Positions 1 through 9,900 of a stretch of DNA of 64,000 nucleotides are shown piece after piece. Below the pieces are notes generated by a model. That model was not told the origin of the DNA and did no database searches. It saw nothing but the letters and a program-made list of their open reading frames with translations. The stretch lies in contig CAJXLK010000023.1 in the NCBI GenBank assembly GCA_913055635.1, positions 4,610 to 68,609 of the forward strand. Direction: 5' to 3'. Origin of the DNA: an uncultured Bacteroidota bacterium (GTDB taxonomy: Bacteria > Bacteroidota > Bacteroidia > Bacteroidales > UBA12077). Position numbers and translations under genes: made by a program. Every line of letters starts with the position of its first letter. The stretch's first letter is position 1.

Positions 1-54
1 GCGGTCCTGAAAAGCCTGCGTTTGGGTATCAATATGTGTTTCCAGTCTGTCCAC
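1..54 (-). CDS. 5' end of a CDS running off the window (GTG start; MDRLETHIDTQTQAFQDR), possibly an acyl-CoA carboxylase carboxyltransferase subunit
   Basis: Open frame from GTG at 54 to the window edge, co-oriented with the upstream peptidase; only 18 codons visible, product is a weak guess from N-terminal resemblance. Confidence 0.25.
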   Translation of the reverse strand, partial: MDRLETHIDTQTQAFQDR

Positions 55-189
55 GATCGGCGTTTTATTTATGATTTGTTGGGACAATTGTTAAACGGCA
101 GCAGGCCCCTTTTTGTTTAATAGTTGCCTTTTTAAATTTAAACAAAAGAAGCCTGCCTATATGTTCATACCGTAAATGGCGGTATTTGT

Positions 190-2337
190 TTAAAGGTGGT
201 TGTCAAAATAACGGGTGATTTTTTGCATCAGGTGAATCCGGTCCCTGCCTCTGACGTTATGCTGATGGGTAGGATAGATGAAATAGTCGACCTGTACGCC
301 TTCCTGGACACAGGTTCTCAGGAAACTGAGGCTGTGCTGAGGAACCACAATATCATCCATGTATCCCTGGATCACCATCAGGTCCCCTTCAAGGCTGTCG
401 ACATAATTTTTAAGGTTGGCTTGGCGGTAACCTTGGGGATTGTCCTGGGGGGTATCCATATACCTTTCTCCATACATGACCTCATAATATTTCCAGTCAA
501 TCACCGGTCCGCCGGCTACGCCTGCTTTAAAAACCCCGGGTTTTTTAAGCATCAGGGAAGTGGTCATGAAACCTCCATAGCTCCAGCCATGGACACCAAT
601 TCTCTGGTTATTGACATAATCGAGGTTTTTCAACATTTTGACCCCCTGCATCTGGTCGGCTACTTCATGCTGTCCGAGTTTGCGGTGGATGACGTTTTCA
701 AAGGCGCGGCCCCGGGCGTCTGATCCGCGGTTATCGAGTGTAAGCATCACATAACCTTTTTGAGCCATATAATACTGCCACAGGCGGGCTCCGCCCAGCC
801 AGCGGTTTTGAACCAGTTGGGCATGTGGCCCGCCGTAGACGTAAACAATGGCCGGGTATTTTTTGTCGGGATCCCAATCGGCAGGTTTAATCAGCCTATA
901 ATAGAGATCCGTTTGCTGGTCAGCGGCTTTTATCGTAGAGATGTTCATTTCTCCCAGGGCGTAGTTTTTCAAGGGGTTTGATGCCTCGAGCAGCTTTTGT
1001 TCTTTTTCGCCGGAATGGTTGATGATCCTTATGATGCGCGGGGTGTTTTTGCTGGAGTAGCGGTCGATGATGAATGCGCGGGGTTGAACGAGGGGGCGGT
1101 GGTAGCCCGGTTCATTCGTGAGGCGGGTCAGCTGACGTGAACTCACATCAACCTTGTAAAGATGGCGCTCCAGAGGACTTTCCCTGGTGGCCATAAAAAA
1201 GAGCTGATCCCCTTCATCATTGAATCCCTTGAATTGGGTTACTTCCCACACCCCGCGGGTTAACTGGCGGATAAGCTTCCCGCTGGTGTTATAGAGATAA
1301 AGGTGGTTGTAGCCGTCGCGCCGGCTTTGCCAGACAAATCGATCGGGAGTGTCCGGCAGAAAGGTGATCGGTGCCTGCGGCTCTACATATTTCTCATGCT
1401 TTTCTTCAAAAAGGGTCTGCTCCAGTTCACCGGTCTTCGCATTGTAACGGTTGAGCTTCAAATGATCCTGATCGCGGTTCAATACTGCAATGTATATATA
1501 CTGACCCCGGGGGCCCCATTTCACATTGGTCAGATACTGATCGGCCGGCTTGCCGGTTTTTAAAAAAACAGTGTCCTGTCTGCTGAGGTCGTAAACCCCC
1601 ACTCTGACATGATGGCTTTTCATCCCTGCCATGGGGTAATCAACGGGTTGGGCACTCGCAATCCGGCTGTTGATATCGACAAAGGGATAATCCGTGACCA
1701 TGCGCTCATCTTTGCGGTAAAAGGCAAGCTTTTTACCCCGGGGCGACCAGAAAGTTCCGGTATGGATGCCAAATTCACGCCGGTGCACTTGCTGTCCGTT
1801 AACAATGTCGGAATTTTGATCATCCGTGATCTGAACAGTACTGCCCTTAAAGGATCGAACAAACAGGTTGTTTTCTCGGGTGAAGGCAATATGTTGGTTC
1901 GCCGAACAATAGTCGGGGTTTTGGGCGCTCGAATCCAAACGGGTGTGCCCCTTTAACTTTTTTTCATAGGGGTTGACCCGATACCAATGTTGTTGATGAC
2001 TGAAAACGGCCTTGTTGGGACCTGTCCAGTTGAAACGGGGCATTCGCTCGAGTTCGGGTTGGTCATCTCCAACGATGGCGTTAAGCTCTTCCAGAGATAT
2101 GATGGGCTGGGACTGATCTTGTTCCGCATCTTGCTGCATCAATCGGTTGCCTTCCAGGTATGAAAACCGGTTGGTTTGAGGGATCCACTGCAGGCGTTGA
2201 ATATTTTCCGGGGCCAGTTCCCGCCAGCCTCCTATTACAGCCTGTTTGAGAGACAATTGTTTTTGCTGGGCCATAACGCTCCATGCGGGCAATAGTAGAG
2301 AGGTAATCAGCACCAGGCTGAAGATCTTTTTTTTCAT
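190..2337 (-). CDS. S9B family dipeptidyl-peptidase IV-like serine peptidase
   Basis: Signal peptide from MKKKIFSL (ATG 2337); DPPIV_N propeller motifs (FWSPRGKKLAF, YPMAG); catalytic GWSYGG, DDIV and H in the C-terminal hydrolase domain. Confidence 0.92.
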   Translation of the reverse strand: MKKKIFSLVLITSLLLPAWSVMAQQKQLSLKQAVIGGWRELAPENIQRLQWIPQTNRFSYLEGNRLMQQDAEQDQSQPIISLEELNAIVGDDQPELERMPRFNWTGPNKAVFSHQQHWYRVNPYEKKLKGHTRLDSSAQNPDYCSANQHIAFTRENNLFVRSFKGSTVQITDDQNSDIVNGQQVHRREFGIHTGTFWSPRGKKLAFYRKDERMVTDYPFVDINSRIASAQPVDYPMAGMKSHHVRVGVYDLSRQDTVFLKTGKPADQYLTNVKWGPRGQYIYIAVLNRDQDHLKLNRYNAKTGELEQTLFEEKHEKYVEPQAPITFLPDTPDRFVWQSRRDGYNHLYLYNTSGKLIRQLTRGVWEVTQFKGFNDEGDQLFFMATRESPLERHLYKVDVSSRQLTRLTNEPGYHRPLVQPRAFIIDRYSSKNTPRIIRIINHSGEKEQKLLEASNPLKNYALGEMNISTIKAADQQTDLYYRLIKPADWDPDKKYPAIVYVYGGPHAQLVQNRWLGGARLWQYYMAQKGYVMLTLDNRGSDARGRAFENVIHRKLGQHEVADQMQGVKMLKNLDYVNNQRIGVHGWSYGGFMTTSLMLKKPGVFKAGVAGGPVIDWKYYEVMYGERYMDTPQDNPQGYRQANLKNYVDSLEGDLMVIQGYMDDIVVPQHSLSFLRTCVQEGVQVDYFIYPTHQHNVRGRDRIHLMQKITRYFDNHL

Positions 2338-2460
2338 AATTCGGGAATTTTTTAAGATGAATGCAACGAAAAACATTAGATTTGGGTAGCAATTGAGCAT
2401 TTAAACATATAAATTTTTTGTTGGAATACTGCATTCCCCACTTTCCTAATTGAAGGATAT

Positions 2461-4236
2461 ATGGAACTCAAGTTCATTGATTGGCTGATTATCTTCCTCT
2501 ACATAGCTATTGCCGTGTTTATTGGTTTGCGTTATCGCAGCCGGGCAGGGCGAAGCCTGAGTGATTTTTTTCTGGGAGGCCGCAAACTACCCTGGTTTAT
2601 AGCGGGCATTTCGATGGTAGCCACTACTTTTGCTGCCGATACGCCACTGGCGGTTACGGAGATGGTCAATCAACACGGAATTTCGGGCAACTGGCTTTGG
2701 TGGAATATGTTGATCGGGGGCATGCTGACCACTTTCTTTTTTGCCGATTTATGGAGACGGGCCAATGTACTGACCGAGCTTGAATTCATAGAGTTTCGCT
2801 ACAGTGGAAAGCCTGCGGCTTTTTTACGGGGATTTAAGAGTCTTTACCTGGGGCTTTTTTTCAATGTATTGATTATAAGCTGGGTAAATTTGGCCCTGGA
2901 AAGCATTTTACAGGTTTTTTTTGATATTCCTCAGTCCCATTTGATCTGGTATATTGGCGGGGCGATGCTTGTAGCTTCCTTTTATTCTGCACTGGCAGGT
3001 TTGCTGGGGGTGGCTTTAACCGATGCCATCCAGTTCATTATCGCCATGGCGGGTTCGATCATTTTAGCCGTGATTGTGCTTTCGACTGAGCAGGTGGGGG
3101 GCATCACCGGGTTAAAGGCACAGGTTCCGGAATGGGCTTTTAACTTTTTTCCCCGCATCGGCAGCGGGCAGGGGAGTGGGGATGTGGCCTCCACCTTATC
3201 GATCAGCTTGGGGGCCTTTCTGGCCTACATTGGTGTTCAGTGGTGGGCCAGCTGGTATCCCGGGGCAGAACCTGGGGGCGGAGGCTATGTGGCTCAGCGG
3301 ATGATGAGCACCAAAAACGAAAAGCATGCCACAGGGGCCACCCTGTTTTTTCAAATTGCCCATTATGCCATCCGTCCCTGGCCCTGGATATTGGTAGCCC
3401 TGGCCACCCTGGTGCTTTATCCCGGCCTGGAAGAAGGCAGCGAGCGGCTCGGTTATGTCATGGCCATCCGCGATTATCTCCCGCCGGGGTTGACCGGCCT
3501 GTTGCTGGTGGCCATGCTGGCGGCCTACATGAGCACCATCTCAACCCAGCTAAACTGGGGGGCCAGCTTTATCGTGAATGATTTTTATAAACGTTTTGTT
3601 CACCGTCAGCGCCCCAACAAGGAGGCATCGAGACCGGATCAACAGGGTCAGGAAAAGCATTATGTGCTGATCAGCCGCCTGACTACCATTGTGATCATGT
3701 TGATTGCCCTCTATGTCACTACCATCGTCACATCAATCACCCAGGTATGGCACTTTTTGCTTGAGTGCGGAGCCGGCCTGGGACTGGTCCTGATTTTGCG
3801 TTGGTACTGGCAGCGGGTGAACGCCTGGAGCGAGATCACCGCCACGATCGTCCCCTTTATCGTCTTTGCCGTGGCCCGTTTTGGCCTTGAGCTGCAATTT
3901 CCCGACAGTTTCTTCATTACCGTGGGCATTACTACTGTTGCCTGGATCGCGGTAACTTATCTCACCCCACGAACCGATGCTAAGGTACTGCGTCATTTTT
4001 ATCAACGCGTTCAACCTCCCGGAATGTGGAATATTGACCCGGAAATCGGCCGCCGCAAAAACAAACGCATCCCCATGCTGGTAGGCGCCTGGTTGTCTTC
4101 GATTTTATTCACTTACTCCATCCTCTTTATGATTGGTAAGGTCATTTTTATGGAATGGCTCTGGAGTTTGATCTGGTTTGCCCTGGCTCTGACCGGATTT
4201 TTGATCTTTCAACGCAATATAAAACGATTGTTTTAA
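2461..4236 (+). CDS. Sodium:solute symporter (SSS) family transporter
   Basis: Many TM helices; DFFLGGRKLPW, SMVATTFAADT, AQRMMS, AAYMSTISTQLN motifs. Confidence 0.9.
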   Translation: MELKFIDWLIIFLYIAIAVFIGLRYRSRAGRSLSDFFLGGRKLPWFIAGISMVATTFAADTPLAVTEMVNQHGISGNWLWWNMLIGGMLTTFFFADLWRRANVLTELEFIEFRYSGKPAAFLRGFKSLYLGLFFNVLIISWVNLALESILQVFFDIPQSHLIWYIGGAMLVASFYSALAGLLGVALTDAIQFIIAMAGSIILAVIVLSTEQVGGITGLKAQVPEWAFNFFPRIGSGQGSGDVASTLSISLGAFLAYIGVQWWASWYPGAEPGGGGYVAQRMMSTKNEKHATGATLFFQIAHYAIRPWPWILVALATLVLYPGLEEGSERLGYVMAIRDYLPPGLTGLLLVAMLAAYMSTISTQLNWGASFIVNDFYKRFVHRQRPNKEASRPDQQGQEKHYVLISRLTTIVIMLIALYVTTIVTSITQVWHFLLECGAGLGLVLILRWYWQRVNAWSEITATIVPFIVFAVARFGLELQFPDSFFITVGITTVAWIAVTYLTPRTDAKVLRHFYQRVQPPGMWNIDPEIGRRKNKRIPMLVGAWLSSILFTYSILFMIGKVIFMEWLWSLIWFALALTGFLIFQRNIKRLF

Positions 4237-4309
4237 CCTGTATATGACTGGGCAGGGCTTTGATATGTGCTGATATTTTTTTTAATTAGCAAACGATAAA
4301 TCTTTTTAG

Positions 4310-5218
4310 ATGCGCTACTTTTTTCACTTTTGGAGGCATAAACCGTTAATATTCCTTGCTTTGCTGGTGGTTTTAGGGTGCGCTCAGAAAGACCGCAACC
4401 GTACTTCCCGGAAAGAGGCGCTGATGGAGAAAGAGATCGATACCACCAGTCTTTTGCTGAAATACAACGACAACCTTTTTTCGATCCCTTCCCCTTATCA
4501 GGCTGCTTATGTGATCCGCAAGCACCAGGTGCATTTCAATCAGCGTTTGCTGAATGATCCGGCCTTTTATACCCGCTATACCACCAACTTTAAAAAAGCC
4601 CTCAATATTGGCATCTATGGTACCGACCTGGGATATTTAAGCATTTTCAGCGGGGAAAAAAGGAGCCTGGAATATTTCAGTGTAATCCGAAAACTCTCGG
4701 AGGATTTGAGGTTACATAACGCTTTATCTTCAACCGACATCACGAATCTGAAGCACAGCCTCACCCGCCAGGATTCGATGATCCATTACCTGACGCAGGC
4801 CTACCGAAAATTTGATGCCTATTTAATCAAGAATGAACGCAAAAAAATTGGGGCTTTAATACTGGCCGGGGGCTGGGTGGAGAGCACCTATATACTCTCG
4901 CGCACGGTGCTCCAAACCCAGAAACGTCCCCTTGTTAACCGGCTGGGCCAACAAAAGCATGCCCTGGAAAACCTCATTGAATTGTTGTCGTCCTATTATT
5001 ATGATTCGGAGAAATATACCGAGTTGATTGATGCACTGGTCGATATTGCCTATGAATTTGACGGGGTGATCTACAATTATTATTATAAAGAACCCCTGGT
5101 CAAAGAGAAACAAAAACTCACCATCGTCCGTAGTACTTCCAATGTAGTGATTTCCGAATATCATTTAAGGAGTATTGCCAAAAAGATCAGCAAATTGCGA
5201 AATAAGATCACCACATGA
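4310..5218 (+). CDS. Uncharacterised lipoprotein (paralog of 18676..19611)
   Basis: Lipobox VLGC; shared motifs SIPSP, ALNIGIYGTDLGY, GGWVE; stop overlaps next start (ATGA). Confidence 0.8.
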   Translation: MRYFFHFWRHKPLIFLALLVVLGCAQKDRNRTSRKEALMEKEIDTTSLLLKYNDNLFSIPSPYQAAYVIRKHQVHFNQRLLNDPAFYTRYTTNFKKALNIGIYGTDLGYLSIFSGEKRSLEYFSVIRKLSEDLRLHNALSSTDITNLKHSLTRQDSMIHYLTQAYRKFDAYLIKNERKKIGALILAGGWVESTYILSRTVLQTQKRPLVNRLGQQKHALENLIELLSSYYYDSEKYTELIDALVDIAYEFDGVIYNYYYKEPLVKEKQKLTIVRSTSNVVISEYHLRSIAKKISKLRNKITT

Positions 5219-5679
5219 CATACGCGCGGTTAATATTTCTGGCATTGTTGATGGCCTGTGGGTTTGTATGGGCTCCGCCGGTTTACGGGCAGGATTCGGC
5301 CAATGTTTCCCTGGGGGATTGCACTGGATTGATGGGCAAGGAATATATCTCTGACGGGCAGGATTATAAGGCCAGGTTGAACAAGAACAACATGGCGCGG
5401 TTTCACACGGTTTTCTATGGGGGCAATCGTTATTGTCTGGTAGCTTGCAGCAACATAGAGGATCATCGGCTGATCATGAAGGTCTATGACAGCGAGCGGA
5501 ATTTGCTGTTCGACAACACCAGGCATCATCATACCCCTTTATGGCATCTGGAATTTAACTCGACTGTTCCTTGTGTTGTGGAAATCAAGGTAGAAGCAGA
5601 ACAACACATCGACAGACTGGTCAAGCTGATGATTGGCTTCAGGAAGCCTGATCAAACCCGACAAATGCCTGAACAATGA
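5215..5679 (+). CDS. Uncharacterised small secreted beta-rich protein (paralog of 18195..18662)
   Basis: Signal peptide; shared motifs YISDG, FY-x4-Y-x4-C, D-xx-RNLLFDN, MIGF; ATGA overlaps at both ends. Confidence 0.78.
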   Translation: MTYARLIFLALLMACGFVWAPPVYGQDSANVSLGDCTGLMGKEYISDGQDYKARLNKNNMARFHTVFYGGNRYCLVACSNIEDHRLIMKVYDSERNLLFDNTRHHHTPLWHLEFNSTVPCVVEIKVEAEQHIDRLVKLMIGFRKPDQTRQMPEQ

Positions 5680-8600
5680 GTGAACCTATTCTGAAAGCCC
5701 TGATGCAGCTGTTTGCCATCATTGCTTATCCAACCAGCTCGGCAGGGGACCGGCGTAAAATTGTGGAGTATTTTTTAAGACGACAGATCAATCGCCAGGC
5801 GGCCCAGGAATACCTGCAAATATTCGACTATTATTACAGCATCCACCATGAAAAGCTTAAAGAGAAGAGCAAGCGTAAGAAGCGTACGTCTTCGAGCTCG
5901 GTGAGGGTGTTGAAGATTTGCACCGAAATCAATGAGGAGCTCACCCAAAAGCAGAAAAACGTGGTGTTGGTGCGCCTGCTCGAATTTGTCAAGTCGGGGG
6001 GTGAAGTGACCGAACAACAAGTTGCTTTCATTTCGACGGTAGCCGATACATTTCATATACCGGGCGAGGAATTTTCCCTGATTAAGAGTTTTGTGCTCAA
6101 GCCCTTTGAAGAGCTGCCCGCTTCCCAGCACATCCTGATCATTGACCGCCAGCCGGAACTCTCCGGCTCGGGTATCCGTCACCTTCAAGCCCCGAACCTG
6201 GAGGGCGAATTGCGGGTGATCGAGTTGGAATCTTCCGGGATGTATTTCCTGCGTTATATCGGGGAAAGCGAAATATACCTGAACGGTCAGTTGTTGGAGC
6301 AGGATAAGGTATATGTAATGAATGTGGGGGCTTCGATCCGAAGTCCTAAAATACCACCAATCTATTATGGGGACATCATCACCCGTTTCAACATTGACCG
6401 GATTGAAGCCCAGATCACCTTTGAAGCCCGCGAAATATCCTATCAATTCAACACGGGAGATGTGGGGCTTCGGCCTATGAGCTTTTACGGGGAGTCGGCC
6501 AAGCTGATCGGGATCATGGGGGCCAGCGGTGCCGGCAAGTCGACCCTGCTCAATGTACTTAACGGTTCCTACCAACCTTCAAGCGGACAAGTGTTGATCA
6601 ACGGCATTGATATCCATCAGGATCAGGAAAAAGTGGAAGGGCTGATCGGATATGTCTCGCAGGATGACCTGCTTATTGAAGAGCTCACCGTGTTCCAGAA
6701 TCTTTACTTCAATGCCCGCTTTTGTTTTGCCAACTATACGCGTGAAGAACTGGAAAAGGTGGTGCATGATACCCTGGAAGATCTGGGTTTATACGATATC
6801 AAAGACATGACCGTGGGAACCCCGCTAAATAAGATGATCAGCGGGGGTCAACGTAAACGCCTCAATATTGCCCTGGAACTGATCCGCGAGCCGGCCGTCC
6901 TTTTCCTGGATGAGCCGACTTCGGGTTTGTCATCCCGCGACTCGGAGAACATCCTCGATCTGATGAAGGAATTAACCCTCAAAGGCAAAGTCGTCTTCGC
7001 GGTGATCCATCAACCCTCCTCCGATATATTTAAAATGTTCGATAAGCTGTTGATCCTGGATCAGGGCGGATATTTGATCTATGACGGGGAACCCATTGAG
7101 TCGCTGATCTATTTTAAATCCAGTATCCAGCACGCCAACTGGAATGAAAGTGAGTGCCCGGTTTGCGGCAACGTTAATCCGGAACAGATATTTAATATTG
7201 TCGAAACCAAGGTGCTCGATGAATACGGCAACTTTACCAATGAACGCAAAATAGCCCCTTCCGAATGGCATCAGAAATTTAAGCAATCCTCTGTTAAACA
7301 GCAGCAATCCAAGCCCAATCAGGGAGATGAACTCCCCCGGATCCACTTTAAAACCCCCAATAAATTCAAGCAATTCCTGATTTATCTTCAGCGGGATGTG
7401 CTCTCTAAACTGTCCAATACCCAGTATTTGTTCATTAACCTGTTCGAGGCACCGGTGCTGGCATTCATTCTATCTTACATCGTCAAGTATTATGACATCC
7501 ATAGCGAGCACGGTTATACCCTGGCCTCCAATTCCAACCTGCCGGTGTACATCTTCATGTCGGTTATTGTGGCCTTGTTTATTGGCTTGACCGTTAGTTC
7601 GGAGGAAATTATCAAAGACCGTAAGATATTGCGGCGCGAAGCCTTCCTGAACCTGAGCTGGAAGAGTTATCTGTTTTCCAAGATCGGGGTTCAGTTTATC
7701 ATTTCAGCCATCCAGGCCTGGCTTTTTGTTGTCATCGGCAATTCTATAATGGAGATTCCGGGGATGTTCTTTCATTACTGGCTGATCCTTTTCAGTGCAT
7801 GGTGCTTCTCCAATATGCTGGGCTTATTGATATCCGATAGCTTCAATACGGTGATCACCATCTATATCTTGATTCCCTTTTTAATCATTCCCCAGCTTAT
7901 TTTAAGCGGGGTGATTGTCAAATATGAAAAACTGAATCCCAGCATATCCAATCCCAAGAACATCCCTTTGTATGGAGAAGTTATAACTGCCCGTTGGGCT
8001 TATGAGGCTTTGGCTGTATACCAGTTCAAAAACAACGACTTTGAGCAGCCGCTTTATCCCTATGATAAAGTGATGAGCCGGGCCGATTTTAAGAAGAATT
8101 ACTGGATTACCACCCTACAGAACAAGGTCTCTTACTGTGGGCGGCACCTGGACGACAGCACCCATCAATCGCAGCTCCGCGACAACCTGGCCCTGATACG
8201 TCATGAGCTGAACCAGGAGGTGCGTTCCCCCTCGGGCCGGCTGGTGGAATTCGACCGCAGGGATGAATTGTACCCTCATCGTTTGAATCAAAAAACCATT
8301 GACAAACTTCATGATTACCTGGGAATGTTGAAGAAATATTACATCAAGCTTTACAATAAGGCCAGCAGCAAGAGGGATCAGGTGATGAGCCGGATGCAGC
8401 AAAGTGGGGAGGACAAAAAGCAGCTGATGCGATTAAGGCGAAACCATTACAATGAAAAACTGGCCGACTTTGTCACAAACAGTGGAGAGCTTCATCGGAT
8501 CATCGAATATGAAGGGGAACTGGTCCAGAAAATCGATCCCATTTTCAAAGACCCTGAATATCCATTTATCAAGGCCCATTTCTATGCCCCGCGCAAACAA

Positions 8601-8756
8601 CTGTTTGGTCAATACTACTCCACCTTTGCCGTTAATGTACTGGTTATTTGGATGATGAGTCTGATTCTCTATTTTATTCTGTATTTCCGACTTTTAAGAA
8701 AAGCCCTTGATTTTCTGGAAAATAAGAAATATGTGCTTACCAAAAAGCCACGCTGA
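5676..8756 (+). CDS. ABCG-type exporter with N-terminal TerB-like and FHA-like domains fused to NBD and ABC-2 membrane domain
   Basis: Walker A GASGAGKST, ISGGQRKR, LDEPTSGL, ABCG-type IHQPS H-loop; C-terminal TM helices; CxxC (ECPVCG); N-terminal domain calls are by resemblance only. Confidence 0.85.
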   Translation: MSEPILKALMQLFAIIAYPTSSAGDRRKIVEYFLRRQINRQAAQEYLQIFDYYYSIHHEKLKEKSKRKKRTSSSSVRVLKICTEINEELTQKQKNVVLVRLLEFVKSGGEVTEQQVAFISTVADTFHIPGEEFSLIKSFVLKPFEELPASQHILIIDRQPELSGSGIRHLQAPNLEGELRVIELESSGMYFLRYIGESEIYLNGQLLEQDKVYVMNVGASIRSPKIPPIYYGDIITRFNIDRIEAQITFEAREISYQFNTGDVGLRPMSFYGESAKLIGIMGASGAGKSTLLNVLNGSYQPSSGQVLINGIDIHQDQEKVEGLIGYVSQDDLLIEELTVFQNLYFNARFCFANYTREELEKVVHDTLEDLGLYDIKDMTVGTPLNKMISGGQRKRLNIALELIREPAVLFLDEPTSGLSSRDSENILDLMKELTLKGKVVFAVIHQPSSDIFKMFDKLLILDQGGYLIYDGEPIESLIYFKSSIQHANWNESECPVCGNVNPEQIFNIVETKVLDEYGNFTNERKIAPSEWHQKFKQSSVKQQQSKPNQGDELPRIHFKTPNKFKQFLIYLQRDVLSKLSNTQYLFINLFEAPVLAFILSYIVKYYDIHSEHGYTLASNSNLPVYIFMSVIVALFIGLTVSSEEIIKDRKILRREAFLNLSWKSYLFSKIGVQFIISAIQAWLFVVIGNSIMEIPGMFFHYWLILFSAWCFSNMLGLLISDSFNTVITIYILIPFLIIPQLILSGVIVKYEKLNPSISNPKNIPLYGEVITARWAYEALAVYQFKNNDFEQPLYPYDKVMSRADFKKNYWITTLQNKVSYCGRHLDDSTHQSQLRDNLALIRHELNQEVRSPSGRLVEFDRRDELYPHRLNQKTIDKLHDYLGMLKKYYIKLYNKASSKRDQVMSRMQQSGEDKKQLMRLRRNHYNEKLADFVTNSGELHRIIEYEGELVQKIDPIFKDPEYPFIKAHFYAPRKQLFGQYYSTFAVNVLVIWMMSLILYFILYFRLLRKALDFLENKKYVLTKKPR

Positions 8757-8769
8757 ATTCAGCGTGGCT
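8746..8769 (-). terminator. Perfect 24-bp palindrome, probable terminator between the convergent ABCG and siaC genes
   Basis: AGCCACGCTGAATTCAGCGTGGCT preceded by an A-run on + (U-run on -); overlaps the ABCG stop codon. Confidence 0.65.
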
Positions 8770-8836
8770 GGGAAGTTTCATATTGACAGGCAGGTATGGG
8801 GCTGGTGGGTGTGAATATTTGATCAACCGGGCGCGC

Positions 8837-9217
8837 TTAATCGACGATCTCGATCATCTTGAAGGGCACCCGGATGATGGATTCGTAATCTTCACCCGAT
8901 TCCAGCATATCTTCATCGTCTTCTTCATAATACCAGTTGATCACTACCTCATTGCGGGCCCGCTTTAATGATTCGAGCTTTTTAAAGATGTCAAGGATGC
9001 ATTTGGATGAGCTGGTGTTGAAATATTCCAACTGGACGTTAACGGTGGTTTTTTTGTTGGGATTTTTGGCATATTCATCCAGCCATTCGATGATGGGCCG
9101 GTAAAATTCAATGGAATTTTCCGGTATCGAACGGCCCTTGATCTCAATCACCCCGTCTTCCGGATTCATCTTTATCTCCGGGGTTTTGGTAGTAGCTTCA
9201 ATTGATATAGACTCCAT
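8837..9217 (-). CDS. siaC: SiaC family regulatory phosphoprotein (DUF1987)
   Basis: TPEI, GRSIPEN, YFNTSSSK (phosphoacceptor Thr motif), WYYEEDDEDMLESGEDY. Confidence 0.88.
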   Translation of the reverse strand: MESISIEATTKTPEIKMNPEDGVIEIKGRSIPENSIEFYRPIIEWLDEYAKNPNKKTTVNVQLEYFNTSSSKCILDIFKKLESLKRARNEVVINWYYEEDDEDMLESGEDYESIIRVPFKMIEIVD

Positions 9218-9233
9218 ATCGAGTTATGCTTTT

Positions 9234-9779
9234 TTAAACGTAAATATCCAGGTTGAAAAAGGAATATTCCTCATTGTAATGGTTGAATTGATAGGCCATT
9301 TGCCTGTCGGTGCGTTTGGCCATATCAATCAAACCCAGGCCGACGCCTCCTTTTTGTGTAAAGTCCTGGTTATTGAGTATTTGTTTGTACAGGTCTTTGA
9401 GTTCATCTTTGGTCATGGCCTTTACCCGATCCAGGCGGTCTTTCAGGGGCTGAATCTTTTCATTTCTGATAAAATTGCCGGTAGAAACTTTGTAACGTTC
9501 TCCTTCCCTGGTAATAACGAAAATGCCGAAATGTACGTCAAATTTTCCATCGCTGGTATCGGGCAGGTCATCAATATGATGATATAAGTTTTGAAGGCTT
9601 TCGACCAGCACGTTGTAGAGCTTTTTTTTAATGCTCTTCTTGATGATCAGGTCTTCCAGCTTGGCATCGATGACTTCCAGAACATTGGTGATCAATTCAG
9701 AAGATATGCTTCCTTTATAGGCCAGTATCACTTCTCCTGAGTTCATTCTGGAATAATACTGATCAATGTCAAAATGCAT
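9234..9779 (-). CDS. siaB: SiaB family protein kinase (DUF6272, GHKL-like)
   Basis: YKGSIS, VESLQNLYHH, TGNFI, GGVGLGLIDMA; directly upstream of siaC; ATG 9779 preferred over TTG 9791. Confidence 0.87.
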   Translation of the reverse strand: MHFDIDQYYSRMNSGEVILAYKGSISSELITNVLEVIDAKLEDLIIKKSIKKKLYNVLVESLQNLYHHIDDLPDTSDGKFDVHFGIFVITREGERYKVSTGNFIRNEKIQPLKDRLDRVKAMTKDELKDLYKQILNNQDFTQKGGVGLGLIDMAKRTDRQMAYQFNHYNEEYSFFNLDIYV

Positions 9780-9820
9780 ACAAGCCTTCAAATTGGGGTG
9801 ATTTTTGACTATAACCTAAG

Positions 9821-9828
9821 CAAATATA
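9821..9828 (-). promoter_or_regulatory. Bacteroidota -7 promoter box for siaBC
   Basis: TATATTTG on - strand matches TAnnTTTG, about 40 nt upstream of siaB. Confidence 0.6.
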
Positions 9829-9900
9829 GGAATTTTGAAACACAAAACAGCTTCACGAAGGATTTTTTTCTCCATAGGTTATGGTACGCATTGAAAAGCC

